Positions 28,689-37,676 of a stretch of DNA of 64,000 nt are shown piece after piece. The position numbers and the translations under genes are program-made. This DNA comes from Candidatus Saccharibacteria bacterium 49-20 (GTDB lineage Bacteria; Patescibacteriota; Saccharimonadia; Saccharimonadales; Saccharimonadaceae), in assembly GCA_001897295.1 (NCBI GenBank), contig MKSN01000001.1, positions 672,141 to 736,140 on the forward strand, given 5' to 3'. The notes under the pieces were generated by a model. It worked only from the letters and a program-made list of their open reading frames with translations, was not told where the DNA came from and ran no database searches. The first letter of the stretch is position 1. Each line of letters starts with the position of its first letter.

Positions 28689-30260
28689 TTATGGATTGAG
28701 TACTTTTACAGGTACGAGCGAGTTTGTCATCGCACCGTTACCAAGTTGTCCGTAGACATTGCGGCCCCAACAGTAGGCGTTACCGTCAGTCGCCTGCGCA
28801 CAGTAGAAGTCCGCACCGGCGGTAATGCTCCAAAGGTACTTACCTGCAAGTACACCCGTATCAACAACCGCTACTGGCGAGCTTGAGTTAGTTGTTGAGT
28901 TATTACCAAGCTGTCCATTTGAGTTATACCCCCAACAGTAAGCCTTACCTTCATCAGATAGTGCACAGGTTGAGTAAAGACCAGCTGCGATTGAAGTCAT
29001 CTTCTTGCCGCCCAGCACACCTGTCGTACTGACTGCAACTGGACTCAGCGCGTTGGTAGTGGTGCCGTTCCCTACCGCACCATAAGGATTGCGACCCCAA
29101 CAGTAGGCTTTCGCATCAGAGGCAATCGCACACGTTTGGTCGTAAAGCGAGACCTTGCGAATCGTCTTACCTGAAAGCGCGCCACTTGTTGAAACTGGTG
29201 TTGCAGAATTAGTTGAAGTGGTCGAGCCATTTCCAAGCTGACCATACGCATTGTTTCCCCAACAATACAGTTGGTTACTCGTATCGATAGCACAGCCGTT
29301 ATAAGGCCCACCTACAATATCACGAAGACTCAAGCCAGAAAGTGAGCCGGCATTAACCGCAACGGGTGTTGAGCGGTTTGCAGTAGTGCCGTCACCAATA
29401 TTGCCACTTGAGTTAATACCCCAGCAGGACGCCGAGTAGTCTAAGGTAACCGTACAGCTATGCCAGGTTCCCGATGAAACAATAATATTCTTTTTGTTCA
29501 GTAGTACACCCGCGTCATTCACGCGCACTGGTACATTCGAATCAGCGAGTGTTGCGTCATTACCTAGTTGCCCATAGGTGTCTTGGCCCCAACAATACAC
29601 CTGATAGCTCGTATCAGTCGCACACGACCCATATCCTGCTCCCGAAAGGCGATAAATCGGACGGTTGCCGATCGCACCATTCGCAGTAATTGGCAGTGGC
29701 GTACCACTATTTGTTGCGCTCCCATTACCACCCTGCGAGTTGTCGCGTGCACCCCAACAGTACGCCTTGTTGTCGTACGAGACACCACAGGTGTGGTATG
29801 AACCAGCCACGACGCGCTTCCAGCCACTTGTAATAGCAGCCGCATAGGCATCATCTGATGGCACGGTGTTTGTACACACGCCTGCCTTCGACTCGACCGT
29901 ATAGGCGCTGTCGGCGTTATTAAGGTTGCCTTGCGTATTGAAGACGCGGACACACCAATCCTTACCGTCGTCCGACACAGACACATCGGCCTGATTGCCT
30001 TCACTTACTTTAATATCGAGTCCGTCTGGAGCTGGATTGCTCGAAGACCATGCGGTGTACGTTGAGCCGTGCTTTGTGCCGTACAACCCCAGTGCGTCGC
30101 GAATCGCGCTTCCGTCACTTTTCACTGATGTGTCATGCGCATTCTTCGTGACAAGCCCATAGGCCACTAATACTACTGCGGCCAAAATCGCAATCACCAC
30201 CACAACGATGATGAGCTCAACGACCGTAAACCCTTTTCGTGAACTCCCTACCCTCTTCAT
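28689..30260 (-). CDS. Pilin-domain protein fused to RCC1-like repeats
   Basis: KG|FTVVELIIVVVVI prepilin motif plus about 7 repeats of C-x7-YCWG.N..GQLGN. Confidence 0.9.
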   Translation of the reverse strand: MKRVGSSRKGFTVVELIIVVVVIAILAAVVLVAYGLVTKNAHDTSVKSDGSAIRDALGLYGTKHGSTYTAWSSSNPAPDGLDIKVSEGNQADVSVSDDGKDWCVRVFNTQGNLNNADSAYTVESKAGVCTNTVPSDDAYAAAITSGWKRVVAGSYHTCGVSYDNKAYCWGARDNSQGGNGSATNSGTPLPITANGAIGNRPIYRLSGAGYGSCATDTSYQVYCWGQDTYGQLGNDATLADSNVPVRVNDAGVLLNKKNIIVSSGTWHSCTVTLDYSASCWGINSSGNIGDGTTANRSTPVAVNAGSLSGLSLRDIVGGPYNGCAIDTSNQLYCWGNNAYGQLGNGSTTSTNSATPVSTSGALSGKTIRKVSLYDQTCAIASDAKAYCWGRNPYGAVGNGTTTNALSPVAVSTTGVLGGKKMTSIAAGLYSTCALSDEGKAYCWGYNSNGQLGNNSTTNSSSPVAVVDTGVLAGKYLWSITAGADFYCAQATDGNAYCWGRNVYGQLGNGAMTNSLVPVKVLNP

Positions 30261-30276
30261 ATACCCCTAGTATACG

Positions 30277-30304
30277 AAAACACCAGGTCTTTTCCAACCT
30301 GGTG
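30277..30304 (-). terminator. Terminator after rnj
   Basis: aaaacaccaggtcttttccaacctggtg. Confidence 0.55.
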
Positions 30305-30323
30305 CATATTCGTGTATTAAAAA

Positions 30324-32507
30324 CTAGTAGCCGCGTGCGTCGGTGCGCTGCTTTGGCTCGGTTGCTTCGCTGTCTGGGACAACTGGCGCCGGGAAATTCT
30401 TGGGCGCCGGGCGCTTGAATTGGCGGTTTCCACCTTGGCCACGGTTCTGGCCTTTCGGCTGGCCTTCGCCGTTTTGACCACGGTTATCGCCACGACCTTC
30501 ACGGTTTTGGTCACTATTTTGTGGCTTTCCACCACCACCAATTTCGTTGATCACAGGGATCACGATTGGGGTGCGGCGCGTTTGGTCGTAGAGCACGTGC
30601 GTCAGTTCGTCCTTAATTTCCTTCTTCACAACGTCCAGATCAACCTTGCGACCATTAAAGGTGCGGGCAACTTTTTGCTTCAAGTACTGGCGAATGATAC
30701 CCATGAGCTCTTCACTGTCGCGCAGGTAAATAAATCCGCGACTAATGATATCAGGGCTGGTCATAAGGCGACCACTTCCCTTTTGTACGGTAAGTACAAC
30801 CACGAAGATGCCTTCGTTGCTCATGTGAATACGGTCTTTAAGGACCACTTCTGAAACGATCTCACCAGAGTCGTCGTACATGATACCGCCCACTGGTACG
30901 CGACCGGCTTTCTTGGCGAGACCTTGGCTAATTTCGATTACGTCACCAGAGTCACATACGAAAATGTTTTCGCGTGGAATCGCGGCTTCTTTCTGTGCAA
31001 GTTCAGCATTGTGGACAAGCATGTGGAATTCACCGTGGATTGGCATGTAGAACTTAGGGTTCAGTGCGTTAATAAGCTTCACGTGGTCGTCGTAGTAGCC
31101 GTGACCTGAAAGGTGAAGTGGACCAATACCGGTAAGGTGTGTCTTACCGTTTTGAATCACACCACTGCCTTCGCGCATGAGGCCATCAACAGTACGAGTC
31201 ACGTACTTTTCATTACCAGGAATTGGGTTTGAGCTAAAGACGATTTGGTCTGAGTTCTTAATCTTAATGAACTTGTGTGAACCATTCGCCATACGGTTAA
31301 GCACGGCGCTAAATTCACCCTGTGAACCAGTACAAATGATGGTCACCTTACTGTCTGGAAGCTTTACGATATCTTCCATCTTCACGATCACGTCCTTAGG
31401 AACGGTAATTGTACCAGTGCGAAGGGCAACTTCAACGTTTTGGATCATACTGTACCCCGCAAAGGCAACCTTACGGCCGTGCGCCTTCGCTTCGTTCAGA
31501 ATGATTTGCATACGGTGAATCTGGCTACTGAAGGCACTAATAATCAGACGACTATTAGGATACTTCTCCATTACCTGACCCATACTGGCTTGAATTTCAA
31601 ACTCACCGTGGGTGTGGGTACCATCTGATTCACAGTTGGTAGATTCGTTCATAAGAAGGGTAATACCCTCTTTGGTTGCGATTTCAGTCAGGCGTTCAAG
31701 GTCGAACTTTACACCGTCAACTGGGTTTTCTTCGAAGCGCCAGTCACCAGTGTCAACCAAGACACCTTCTGGTGTGCGCACAACGACTGCCGTTGCGTCT
31801 GGAATTGAGTGGTTCACGCGTACGAGTTCGATGCTGAAGTTATCACCAAGGAATACTTGTTCGTGCGCTTCTGGGTCCATGACATGGTAGTCAGGTGCGT
31901 ACTCAGTGGTCGCCTCTTCCATGTTCTTTTGAACCATGGCGAGGGTAAACTTCGAACCGTAGACCGGTGCAGGAAGTTGGTGAAGCAAGTGACGAACCGC
32001 ACCGATGTGGTCAAGGTGTCCGTGCGTAAACACGATACCGCGGATCTTGTGCTTGTTTTCAAGCAAGTAGCTGATGTCCGGCACGATGTAGTTAATACCC
32101 GGGTAGTCTGAGCCTGGGAAAAGAAATCCCATGTCGATCACAATGATGTCGTTATCGTATTCGATCGCCATCATGTTCTTACCAATACCCATTTCACCAA
32201 GACCACCGATTGGAATCACGCGAAGGCGTGGACCAGGGGTACGTGGCTGCTTCTTTTGGTCGGCAATGCTAAATTGACGTCCGTTGTAGCCGTTAAACAT
32301 CGACTTGTTTACAGGTACGTTAATGAGGTGCTGTGAGGCACGCGCATTGACGTCGTCGCTGGTGCGACGTTGTGCGCGAAACACTTCTCCCCTACGGGTC
32401 TGAGTGTTTGCGAGCACGGTGTTATTTTGTTTAGGTCGCTGATTGTTACCGCGCGGCTGTTTTGCCGCGTCGTCAGCTTGTGGGGTTGCGAGTCTTCGTC
32501 CTCCCAT
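30324..32507 (-). CDS. rnj: Ribonuclease J
   Basis: PIGGLGE.GIGKN, THGHLDHIG, HSIPD, DTGDW, TGSQGE, HLSGH, PIHGE. Confidence 0.96.
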   Translation of the reverse strand: MGGRRLATPQADDAAKQPRGNNQRPKQNNTVLANTQTRRGEVFRAQRRTSDDVNARASQHLINVPVNKSMFNGYNGRQFSIADQKKQPRTPGPRLRVIPIGGLGEMGIGKNMMAIEYDNDIIVIDMGFLFPGSDYPGINYIVPDISYLLENKHKIRGIVFTHGHLDHIGAVRHLLHQLPAPVYGSKFTLAMVQKNMEEATTEYAPDYHVMDPEAHEQVFLGDNFSIELVRVNHSIPDATAVVVRTPEGVLVDTGDWRFEENPVDGVKFDLERLTEIATKEGITLLMNESTNCESDGTHTHGEFEIQASMGQVMEKYPNSRLIISAFSSQIHRMQIILNEAKAHGRKVAFAGYSMIQNVEVALRTGTITVPKDVIVKMEDIVKLPDSKVTIICTGSQGEFSAVLNRMANGSHKFIKIKNSDQIVFSSNPIPGNEKYVTRTVDGLMREGSGVIQNGKTHLTGIGPLHLSGHGYYDDHVKLINALNPKFYMPIHGEFHMLVHNAELAQKEAAIPRENIFVCDSGDVIEISQGLAKKAGRVPVGGIMYDDSGEIVSEVVLKDRIHMSNEGIFVVVLTVQKGSGRLMTSPDIISRGFIYLRDSEELMGIIRQYLKQKVARTFNGRKVDLDVVKKEIKDELTHVLYDQTRRTPIVIPVINEIGGGGKPQNSDQNREGRGDNRGQNGEGQPKGQNRGQGGNRQFKRPAPKNFPAPVVPDSEATEPKQRTDARGY

Positions 32508-32676
32508 AATGTTGTTGTTTCTCCTTTTTGTTCAAAGAGTTCTCCCAGGCGACTTTCTTTTAATCCGACTGGTGAGCTTTCTTTTGGTTAACAATTAATG
32601 ATTTCTGATATAAGGGTGGGGTTTTACGGGCTGTAGCCTTAACTACGTGACAGAATTCCCCTTTGAAAGTAGTCTT

Positions 32677-32705
32677 ATTATAGCAAACTGACCCCTAAAA
32701 GTCAA
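32677..32705 (-). promoter_or_regulatory. Sigma70-type promoter upstream of rnj (about 160-nt leader)
   Basis: TTGACT-17 nt-TATAAT with extended TG. Confidence 0.75.
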
Positions 32706-32714
32706 TCACTCACC

Positions 32715-33302
32715 TTAGGTAAGCCTATCGATCTCCTCTTTCAGAAGCTTGAAATCATCTCTAAATACCTGGCGACCATTCTTGATAAACCTTAGCGCCG
32801 ATGGGTGCAAAAGCGGCATCAAAGGCAACGCCTGCTGTCCTAGCTGCACCCGTTGAAGCTGACCGTGGATCGTTTTAATTTTCCCCTCTGGCACGAAGTG
32901 GCCCAGGCTGATGCGTCCAAATGTCACGAGCAGTCGAGGCTTCACAATCTGAAGCTCGCTCTCGAGATGTGGCGCAAACTCCGCAATTTCCTCGGGTGAT
33001 GGGTCACGGTTCTCTGGTGGTCGATACTTTACGATGTTTGTAATATAGAAATCATCACGATTCATACCGAGTTCGCCAAATACCGTGTTTACAAACTTAC
33101 CGGCCGCGCCCACAAACGGCTTTCCCTGTAAGTCCTCTTCTTCCCCGGGGGCCTCGCCAATAAACACGACATCTGCATCGTAGTTGCCCGTACCCATCAC
33201 AAGGTGCGTAGCGTTCGACTCATTTTTGAGCGCAAGACCAACACCCCCGTCCAGCATATGTTGAGCGAGGGTGTTAAGTTGGTCCTTAGTGGTGGGGTTC
33301 AT
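32715..33302 (-). CDS. Uracil-DNA glycosylase, family 4-like
   Basis: GEAPG.EED.QG.PFVG.AG, YITN.VK.RPP.NR.P, HPS motifs. Confidence 0.92.
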   Translation of the reverse strand: MNPTTKDQLNTLAQHMLDGGVGLALKNESNATHLVMGTGNYDADVVFIGEAPGEEEDLQGKPFVGAAGKFVNTVFGELGMNRDDFYITNIVKYRPPENRDPSPEEIAEFAPHLESELQIVKPRLLVTFGRISLGHFVPEGKIKTIHGQLQRVQLGQQALPLMPLLHPSALRFIKNGRQVFRDDFKLLKEEIDRLT

Positions 33303-33314
33303 ACCCCGACTATA

Positions 33315-34415
33315 CTATGATTTTTGCTTTTCGGTAAGGAAGTCGCCGAGAGCCTTCGCGCTATCCTTGACGCTCATTTCGTCGTCACGCTTCTCAAGTG
33401 AGTCGCTGAGGGTGCTTGATGCTTCGCTAATCTTCTTTTGTACCGCGCTCATTTGGTCACGAAGGGCCTTGTACTGTTCGTACTGACTACCGAAAGGATT
33501 CGTAAGTGCAGCACTCTTTTCGTAAATAGTTGCGTATTCGCCGTATGAAGTTCCGATTGTGCTAATGAAAGTCTTCATTTCTGCATTTGGAATGTCCGTT
33601 ACACCCTGGAGCTCACTTGAACAAGCCTTAAGGGCTGCGACGCGGCCTGCAGTGTCAGTAGCGTCGCTAATCTTACCGCAAGTTGCCATCGCTGGGCGAA
33701 GGTTCTTCACAGAGTTAATAAGCTCTGTTGCATATACGAGGTATGCTTTTACCTTGTCATTAAATGGACCATAGAGCTTTGCGCCCTCACCTACACGAAC
33801 GGCCTTCATCTTTGAAAGCGCTTCGTTTTCGGTCTTGATTTCCGCGATTGAATCTTCGGCTTCTTTCACTGCTTCGTTGAATTCTGCATCGTCATCGCCA
33901 CTAATTGAGTAACTGACGGACGAGACGTCGCCGGTAAGCCCTGCAGAAGCAACGCTTACTTTATTGTACTGACGGGTTGCTTCTTGGTAGTCTTGCTTCG
34001 ATACAGAAGTAAGCATGAAGTACGCAACCACACCAATAATGGCAAGAAGTACTGCACCACCCACGATCGCAGCGATAAGAACGATCTTGTTCTTAGAGCC
34101 TGGAGCCTGTGGAGCTGGAGTTGGTGCGAACCCAGGTGCCTGTGGGGCGGCTGGAGCTTCTGGAGTTCCTGCGGCTGCAAAAAGGTTTGGCGCAGCTGGC
34201 GCAGGTGGTGTGACTGGGGCAACTGGGGCTTCCGGAGCAACCGGTGTAGTTGGTGCAGCTGGTTCAACCGGCGCTGGAGCCTCTGGGGCAACCGGCGCTT
34301 CTGGCGCGGCAGGTGCAGCCGGTGCTGGCGCAGGGGTTGTGTCAAGTGGCTGTGGTGCTGGTGGTGTATCACCTACAGGTGGCACATTGTTTGGATTGGT
34401 CGCATTTGGATCCAT
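33315..34415 (-). CDS. Single-TM protein with Pro/Ala-rich N-terminus and helical ectodomain
   Basis: PAAPEAPVAP low-complexity repeats, one TM, Cys pair; paralog of next gene. Confidence 0.85.
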   Translation of the reverse strand: MDPNATNPNNVPPVGDTPPAPQPLDTTPAPAPAAPAAPEAPVAPEAPAPVEPAAPTTPVAPEAPVAPVTPPAPAAPNLFAAAGTPEAPAAPQAPGFAPTPAPQAPGSKNKIVLIAAIVGGAVLLAIIGVVAYFMLTSVSKQDYQEATRQYNKVSVASAGLTGDVSSVSYSISGDDDAEFNEAVKEAEDSIAEIKTENEALSKMKAVRVGEGAKLYGPFNDKVKAYLVYATELINSVKNLRPAMATCGKISDATDTAGRVAALKACSSELQGVTDIPNAEMKTFISTIGTSYGEYATIYEKSAALTNPFGSQYEQYKALRDQMSAVQKKISEASSTLSDSLEKRDDEMSVKDSAKALGDFLTEKQKS

Positions 34416-34486
34416 CTATATACTCCTAAAAATAAACTTAAGCTGTTTTTTAGTATACAGGAGTATAAGCGGGTTGCCAAAAGTGG

Positions 34487-35257
34487 CTAAAAGACCCGAG
34501 ATTTTGCCTCAAGATAGTCGTGCAGCGCCTTTGCGCTATCAGTAGCAAGGACTGCAGTTCGACGCTGCTGAACATTCTTCGTAAAGGTCGAGCTCGCGGT
34601 CGAGAAGTCTTCAAGGACAGCTTCTCGTTGGGTGCTTAACGCGGCGTATTCGGCGCTATTCGTGTCAGCAATTACCGCCATTTGGTCTAGGATGGTCGCG
34701 AGTTCGTCGTACTTTGCTGCGAATGCTGTTGCTAGCTGCGCGTAGTCTTCGTCGGGGGCGTCGCTCACCGCCTGCATCTCAACCGCACAAGCACGGACAA
34801 CCGCCGCACCTTCGGCATTCGCCTTTACAGTTTGCATCTCGGTTGAACACTTGCGAAGCACGGGCTGGAGCTTCTCCATCGAATCAATGACATTCGTATT
34901 GTACGCAATAAAGCGCTTCAGGTCTTCGTTGTAGGCGTCATAAAGGGCCTTCCCCTCGCCTTCTTTCAGAACCGACTCATCACCAAGTGCCTCATTCTCT
35001 TTTTCGAGTGACACAAAGGCAGCCCGTACCGCAGTAATGCCCTGTGCAAACTCTTCATCGGTCGCCTCACTGGCGTTGAGGGAAATATTTGTGCGACCAA
35101 GCGCGTTATCAACATTTTGGAACTGTGCCTGTGCGTCGCGGTATGGTTGGCGAGCTGGCGTCACAAGAATACCATACACAAGCAGCCCACAAATAATCGC
35201 CAAGGCAGCAGCAATACTACCAATCAAGGTTTTCTTTGAAGATAAGACTCCAGACAT
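34487..35257 (-). CDS. Single-TM helical protein, paralog of 33315..34415
   Basis: Shared ENEAL, GEG..LY..., Cys pair and DSAKAL.D.L. Confidence 0.85.
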   Translation of the reverse strand: MSGVLSSKKTLIGSIAAALAIICGLLVYGILVTPARQPYRDAQAQFQNVDNALGRTNISLNASEATDEEFAQGITAVRAAFVSLEKENEALGDESVLKEGEGKALYDAYNEDLKRFIAYNTNVIDSMEKLQPVLRKCSTEMQTVKANAEGAAVVRACAVEMQAVSDAPDEDYAQLATAFAAKYDELATILDQMAVIADTNSAEYAALSTQREAVLEDFSTASSTFTKNVQQRRTAVLATDSAKALHDYLEAKSRVF

Positions 35258-35284
35258 ACTTTACCTAGTGTACAGGATGCCGCC

Positions 35285-36928
35285 TTAAAGTTGCACCACT
35301 TCGCCGCTAAGCTGTTTTCGGAAATGCGTATCGTGAGAGATGTACAAAATAGCACCCGCATAACTCTGCAGGGCGTTTTCGAGCTCCTCGATACTTGGAA
35401 GATCAAGGTGGTTCGTCGGCTCGTCGAGTACGAGCAGCGACGGGCTATCGGCCAGCATATCAATAAGCTGCAGGCGGGCCTTTTGGCCACCGCTAAGCTG
35501 CTTCACCGGAATACTCGCGTCACCCTGGCTAAACAGGTAGTCAGCCATAAGCTGGCGCACCTTTGTGTCACCTACTTTAAGGCCACGCGAGAGGAAAATA
35601 TGTTCAATCGCCTCGGCAAGCGTCTTATCAAGAATCTCCGTTGGCGTCTCTTGTTCGTACACACCGACGCGAATCTTCTTATCAACATCGATCACACCAT
35701 CAAAGCTTTTAGCACTGAACGACTTTCCTTGCGCGGTCGCAAGAAGTGTTTTTACGAGCGTCGACTTACCCGCCCCGTTACGGCCACGCAGTTCGACAAC
35801 CTCGCCTTCACGAATTTGGAAGGAAATATCTTTAAAGAGTGGCGTGTCATAGCCAAGCGAAAGCCCAGTGATATTCACAAGAAGACGACTATAGCCTTCT
35901 TCCCCATTCACGCCGTGAAGCTTAATGTTCTTTGCCTTATACTTCTGATATTGCTCACCCGTTTTGAGGCCCATATCTTGGACCGATTCGCGGTCTACCC
36001 AGAATGTCGGCTTCTCGGTCTTTTCAAGCTTCGCAAGCTCGGCGCGCGACTGCTCTTCGAGGCGCTTAAAGCGCTGAATTGTACTCGGTGAACGAGATTT
36101 TTCCTTATAGCGTTGGTACTCAAGTACCTTAGCTTTTAGGTTCACGATCCGGCGCTGCGTCAGTTCATACTCGTTCATCATCGAACCAGTGCTTGATGAG
36201 TTTTGGCGCAAGTAATCAGTATAATTACCCTTGTAGCTAAGGATTTTCTGGTCTTTTACCTCAAGAATACGATCAACTTTTTCGAGTACATCACGGTCGT
36301 GCGAAATCACAATCATCGCATCGTTTGCAGACGACATCCATTGAAGAAACTTGTCTTTCGCGACGTAGTCCATGTGGTTGGTTGGCTCGTCGACAAGCGC
36401 GAGTTGCGCCTTCGAAAGCATTACCTTTGCAACTTCAATCAGGCGCTTTTGACCACCTGACAGTTCGCCGAGTGTCGAGTTGATACGGTCGCCCAGTTGG
36501 AATGAGTCGAGCACCTTCTCCACTTCATTCTCAATCGTGTAGTAGCCAAGCGCGTCAAACTGTTCGAGCGCTTCGGAATACTCGTTAATGAGGTGCATCT
36601 TGTCGCCCATGATCAACGGATGGTTTTCAAGGATATGCTTTAGCTTGGCATACTTCGGAAGGTCTTGAAGAATATACTCGAGCACCGGCATATCCTCGAA
36701 GCCGTGATGCTCTTGGCGGGTTGCCACCATGTGCACCCCCTTACTAAGCTGCAATTCACCCTGGAAGTCGTTATCTTCACCCGCGAGAATACGGAAAAGA
36801 GTTGTCTTACCCTCACCATTACGGCCAATCAGCCCCACCTTTTCACCGTCCTCAACAAAAAACGAGGTGCCGTTAAAAAGGCTTTTGTCGCCAAAGGATT
36901 TTTCGCTGATGGTCGCAGTGATAATCAT
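35285..36928 (-). CDS. ABC-F family ATPase
   Basis: Two ABC domains (GRNGEGKT, GRNGAGKS; LSGGQK; DEPTNH twice), no TM. Confidence 0.93.
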   Translation of the reverse strand: MIITATISEKSFGDKSLFNGTSFFVEDGEKVGLIGRNGEGKTTLFRILAGEDNDFQGELQLSKGVHMVATRQEHHGFEDMPVLEYILQDLPKYAKLKHILENHPLIMGDKMHLINEYSEALEQFDALGYYTIENEVEKVLDSFQLGDRINSTLGELSGGQKRLIEVAKVMLSKAQLALVDEPTNHMDYVAKDKFLQWMSSANDAMIVISHDRDVLEKVDRILEVKDQKILSYKGNYTDYLRQNSSSTGSMMNEYELTQRRIVNLKAKVLEYQRYKEKSRSPSTIQRFKRLEEQSRAELAKLEKTEKPTFWVDRESVQDMGLKTGEQYQKYKAKNIKLHGVNGEEGYSRLLVNITGLSLGYDTPLFKDISFQIREGEVVELRGRNGAGKSTLVKTLLATAQGKSFSAKSFDGVIDVDKKIRVGVYEQETPTEILDKTLAEAIEHIFLSRGLKVGDTKVRQLMADYLFSQGDASIPVKQLSGGQKARLQLIDMLADSPSLLVLDEPTNHLDLPSIEELENALQSYAGAILYISHDTHFRKQLSGEVVQL

Positions 36929-36978
36929 ACAGTGTCCTATTATACCCTGTTATCTTAGATAATAACAGAGGTGGAATA

Positions 36979-37007
36979 TTGATATATTATATAACTTATG
37001 TTATAAT
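36979..37007 (+). promoter_or_regulatory. Sigma70-type promoter in AT-rich quasi-palindromic region
   Basis: TTGATA-17 nt-TATAAT with extended TG. Confidence 0.65.
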
Positions 37008-37065
37008 ATACATAAGCTTATGTTCCTGCATCCGCAGTGAGCGAAGTCCGAGAGAAAGGAAGGCC

Positions 37066-37605
37066 ATGGCCTCCACCTCACCCGCACCTTTCCCGTACCG
37101 CGACGCCAGAAGCACTCACCTTCACGTTCGCCAGATGCACGAAAACGTCGGCAACTTCCCCTACTTCGAAGAAGAGGGGTCGCTGCCCGTCATCGACGCC
37201 GACACGTACTCTGCATGGCGGCGCCTGGAGTTGCTATTCCCCGACGCCAACACCGTGGAGACAGGGCATCCCTTCGGAATACCTGCTCGTATGGAATTCT
37301 TCTGGGACCCCAGCTACGACAGTCGGGGTGTGACGTTCTTCGACGACAAGGGTCACCTCATCGTCCACGTCCTGCACGCCCTACTGGGCTACGGCGGCTC
37401 CGGACCGATGTTCAGCAAGCAGATCATGCTGCATCTCGGCGTCTCGGAAACGATGTTCCAGGACATCCAGTCCGCACTCTGGGATCAGCGGCCCTACAAG
37501 GTCGTCCTCTCCCGCGAGCGTCACGACATCGTCGATGAGGACGTCGAGTTCGTCGCTCCTGGCTCTGGCATTCTGCCGAGCTGGGAGTGGTGGCGCGTGC
37601 TCTGA
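37066..37605 (+). CDS. Hypothetical protein, GC-rich orphan
   Basis: ATG after GAAAGGAAGG SD; strong G/C third-position bias; LGYGGSGP motif. Confidence 0.75.
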   Translation: MASTSPAPFPYRDARSTHLHVRQMHENVGNFPYFEEEGSLPVIDADTYSAWRRLELLFPDANTVETGHPFGIPARMEFFWDPSYDSRGVTFFDDKGHLIVHVLHALLGYGGSGPMFSKQIMLHLGVSETMFQDIQSALWDQRPYKVVLSRERHDIVDEDVEFVAPGSGILPSWEWWRVL

Positions 37606-37626
37606 TCCACACTCATCGGGAAAGGT

Positions 37627-37666
37627 AAGGCCCGCGAGATTCGTCTCGCGGGCCTTCCTCCTTTTT
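37627..37666. terminator. Terminator between orphan gene and pnp
   Basis: Perfect 13-bp stem aaggcccgcgaga TTCG tctcgcgggcctt then pyrimidine/T tract. Confidence 0.8.
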
Positions 37667-37676
37667 ATACGACTAA

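Noticed and set aside
33984..34545. Gly/Ala-rich plus-strand ORFs resembling PGRS or collagen-like proteins
   Set aside because: Antisense reading of the Pro/Ala repeat region of 33315..34415
35285..36928. ABC-F as an antibiotic-resistance (ARE) protein
   Set aside because: Subfamily cannot be assigned by eye and no attenuator leader precedes it
36979..37065. N-terminal extension of the 208-aa ORF-track call
   Set aside because: It spans the AT-rich promoter; the SD supports ATG 37066. Similar over-long starts were trimmed for xer, pilD, pilO, rpsO and 24949..25578
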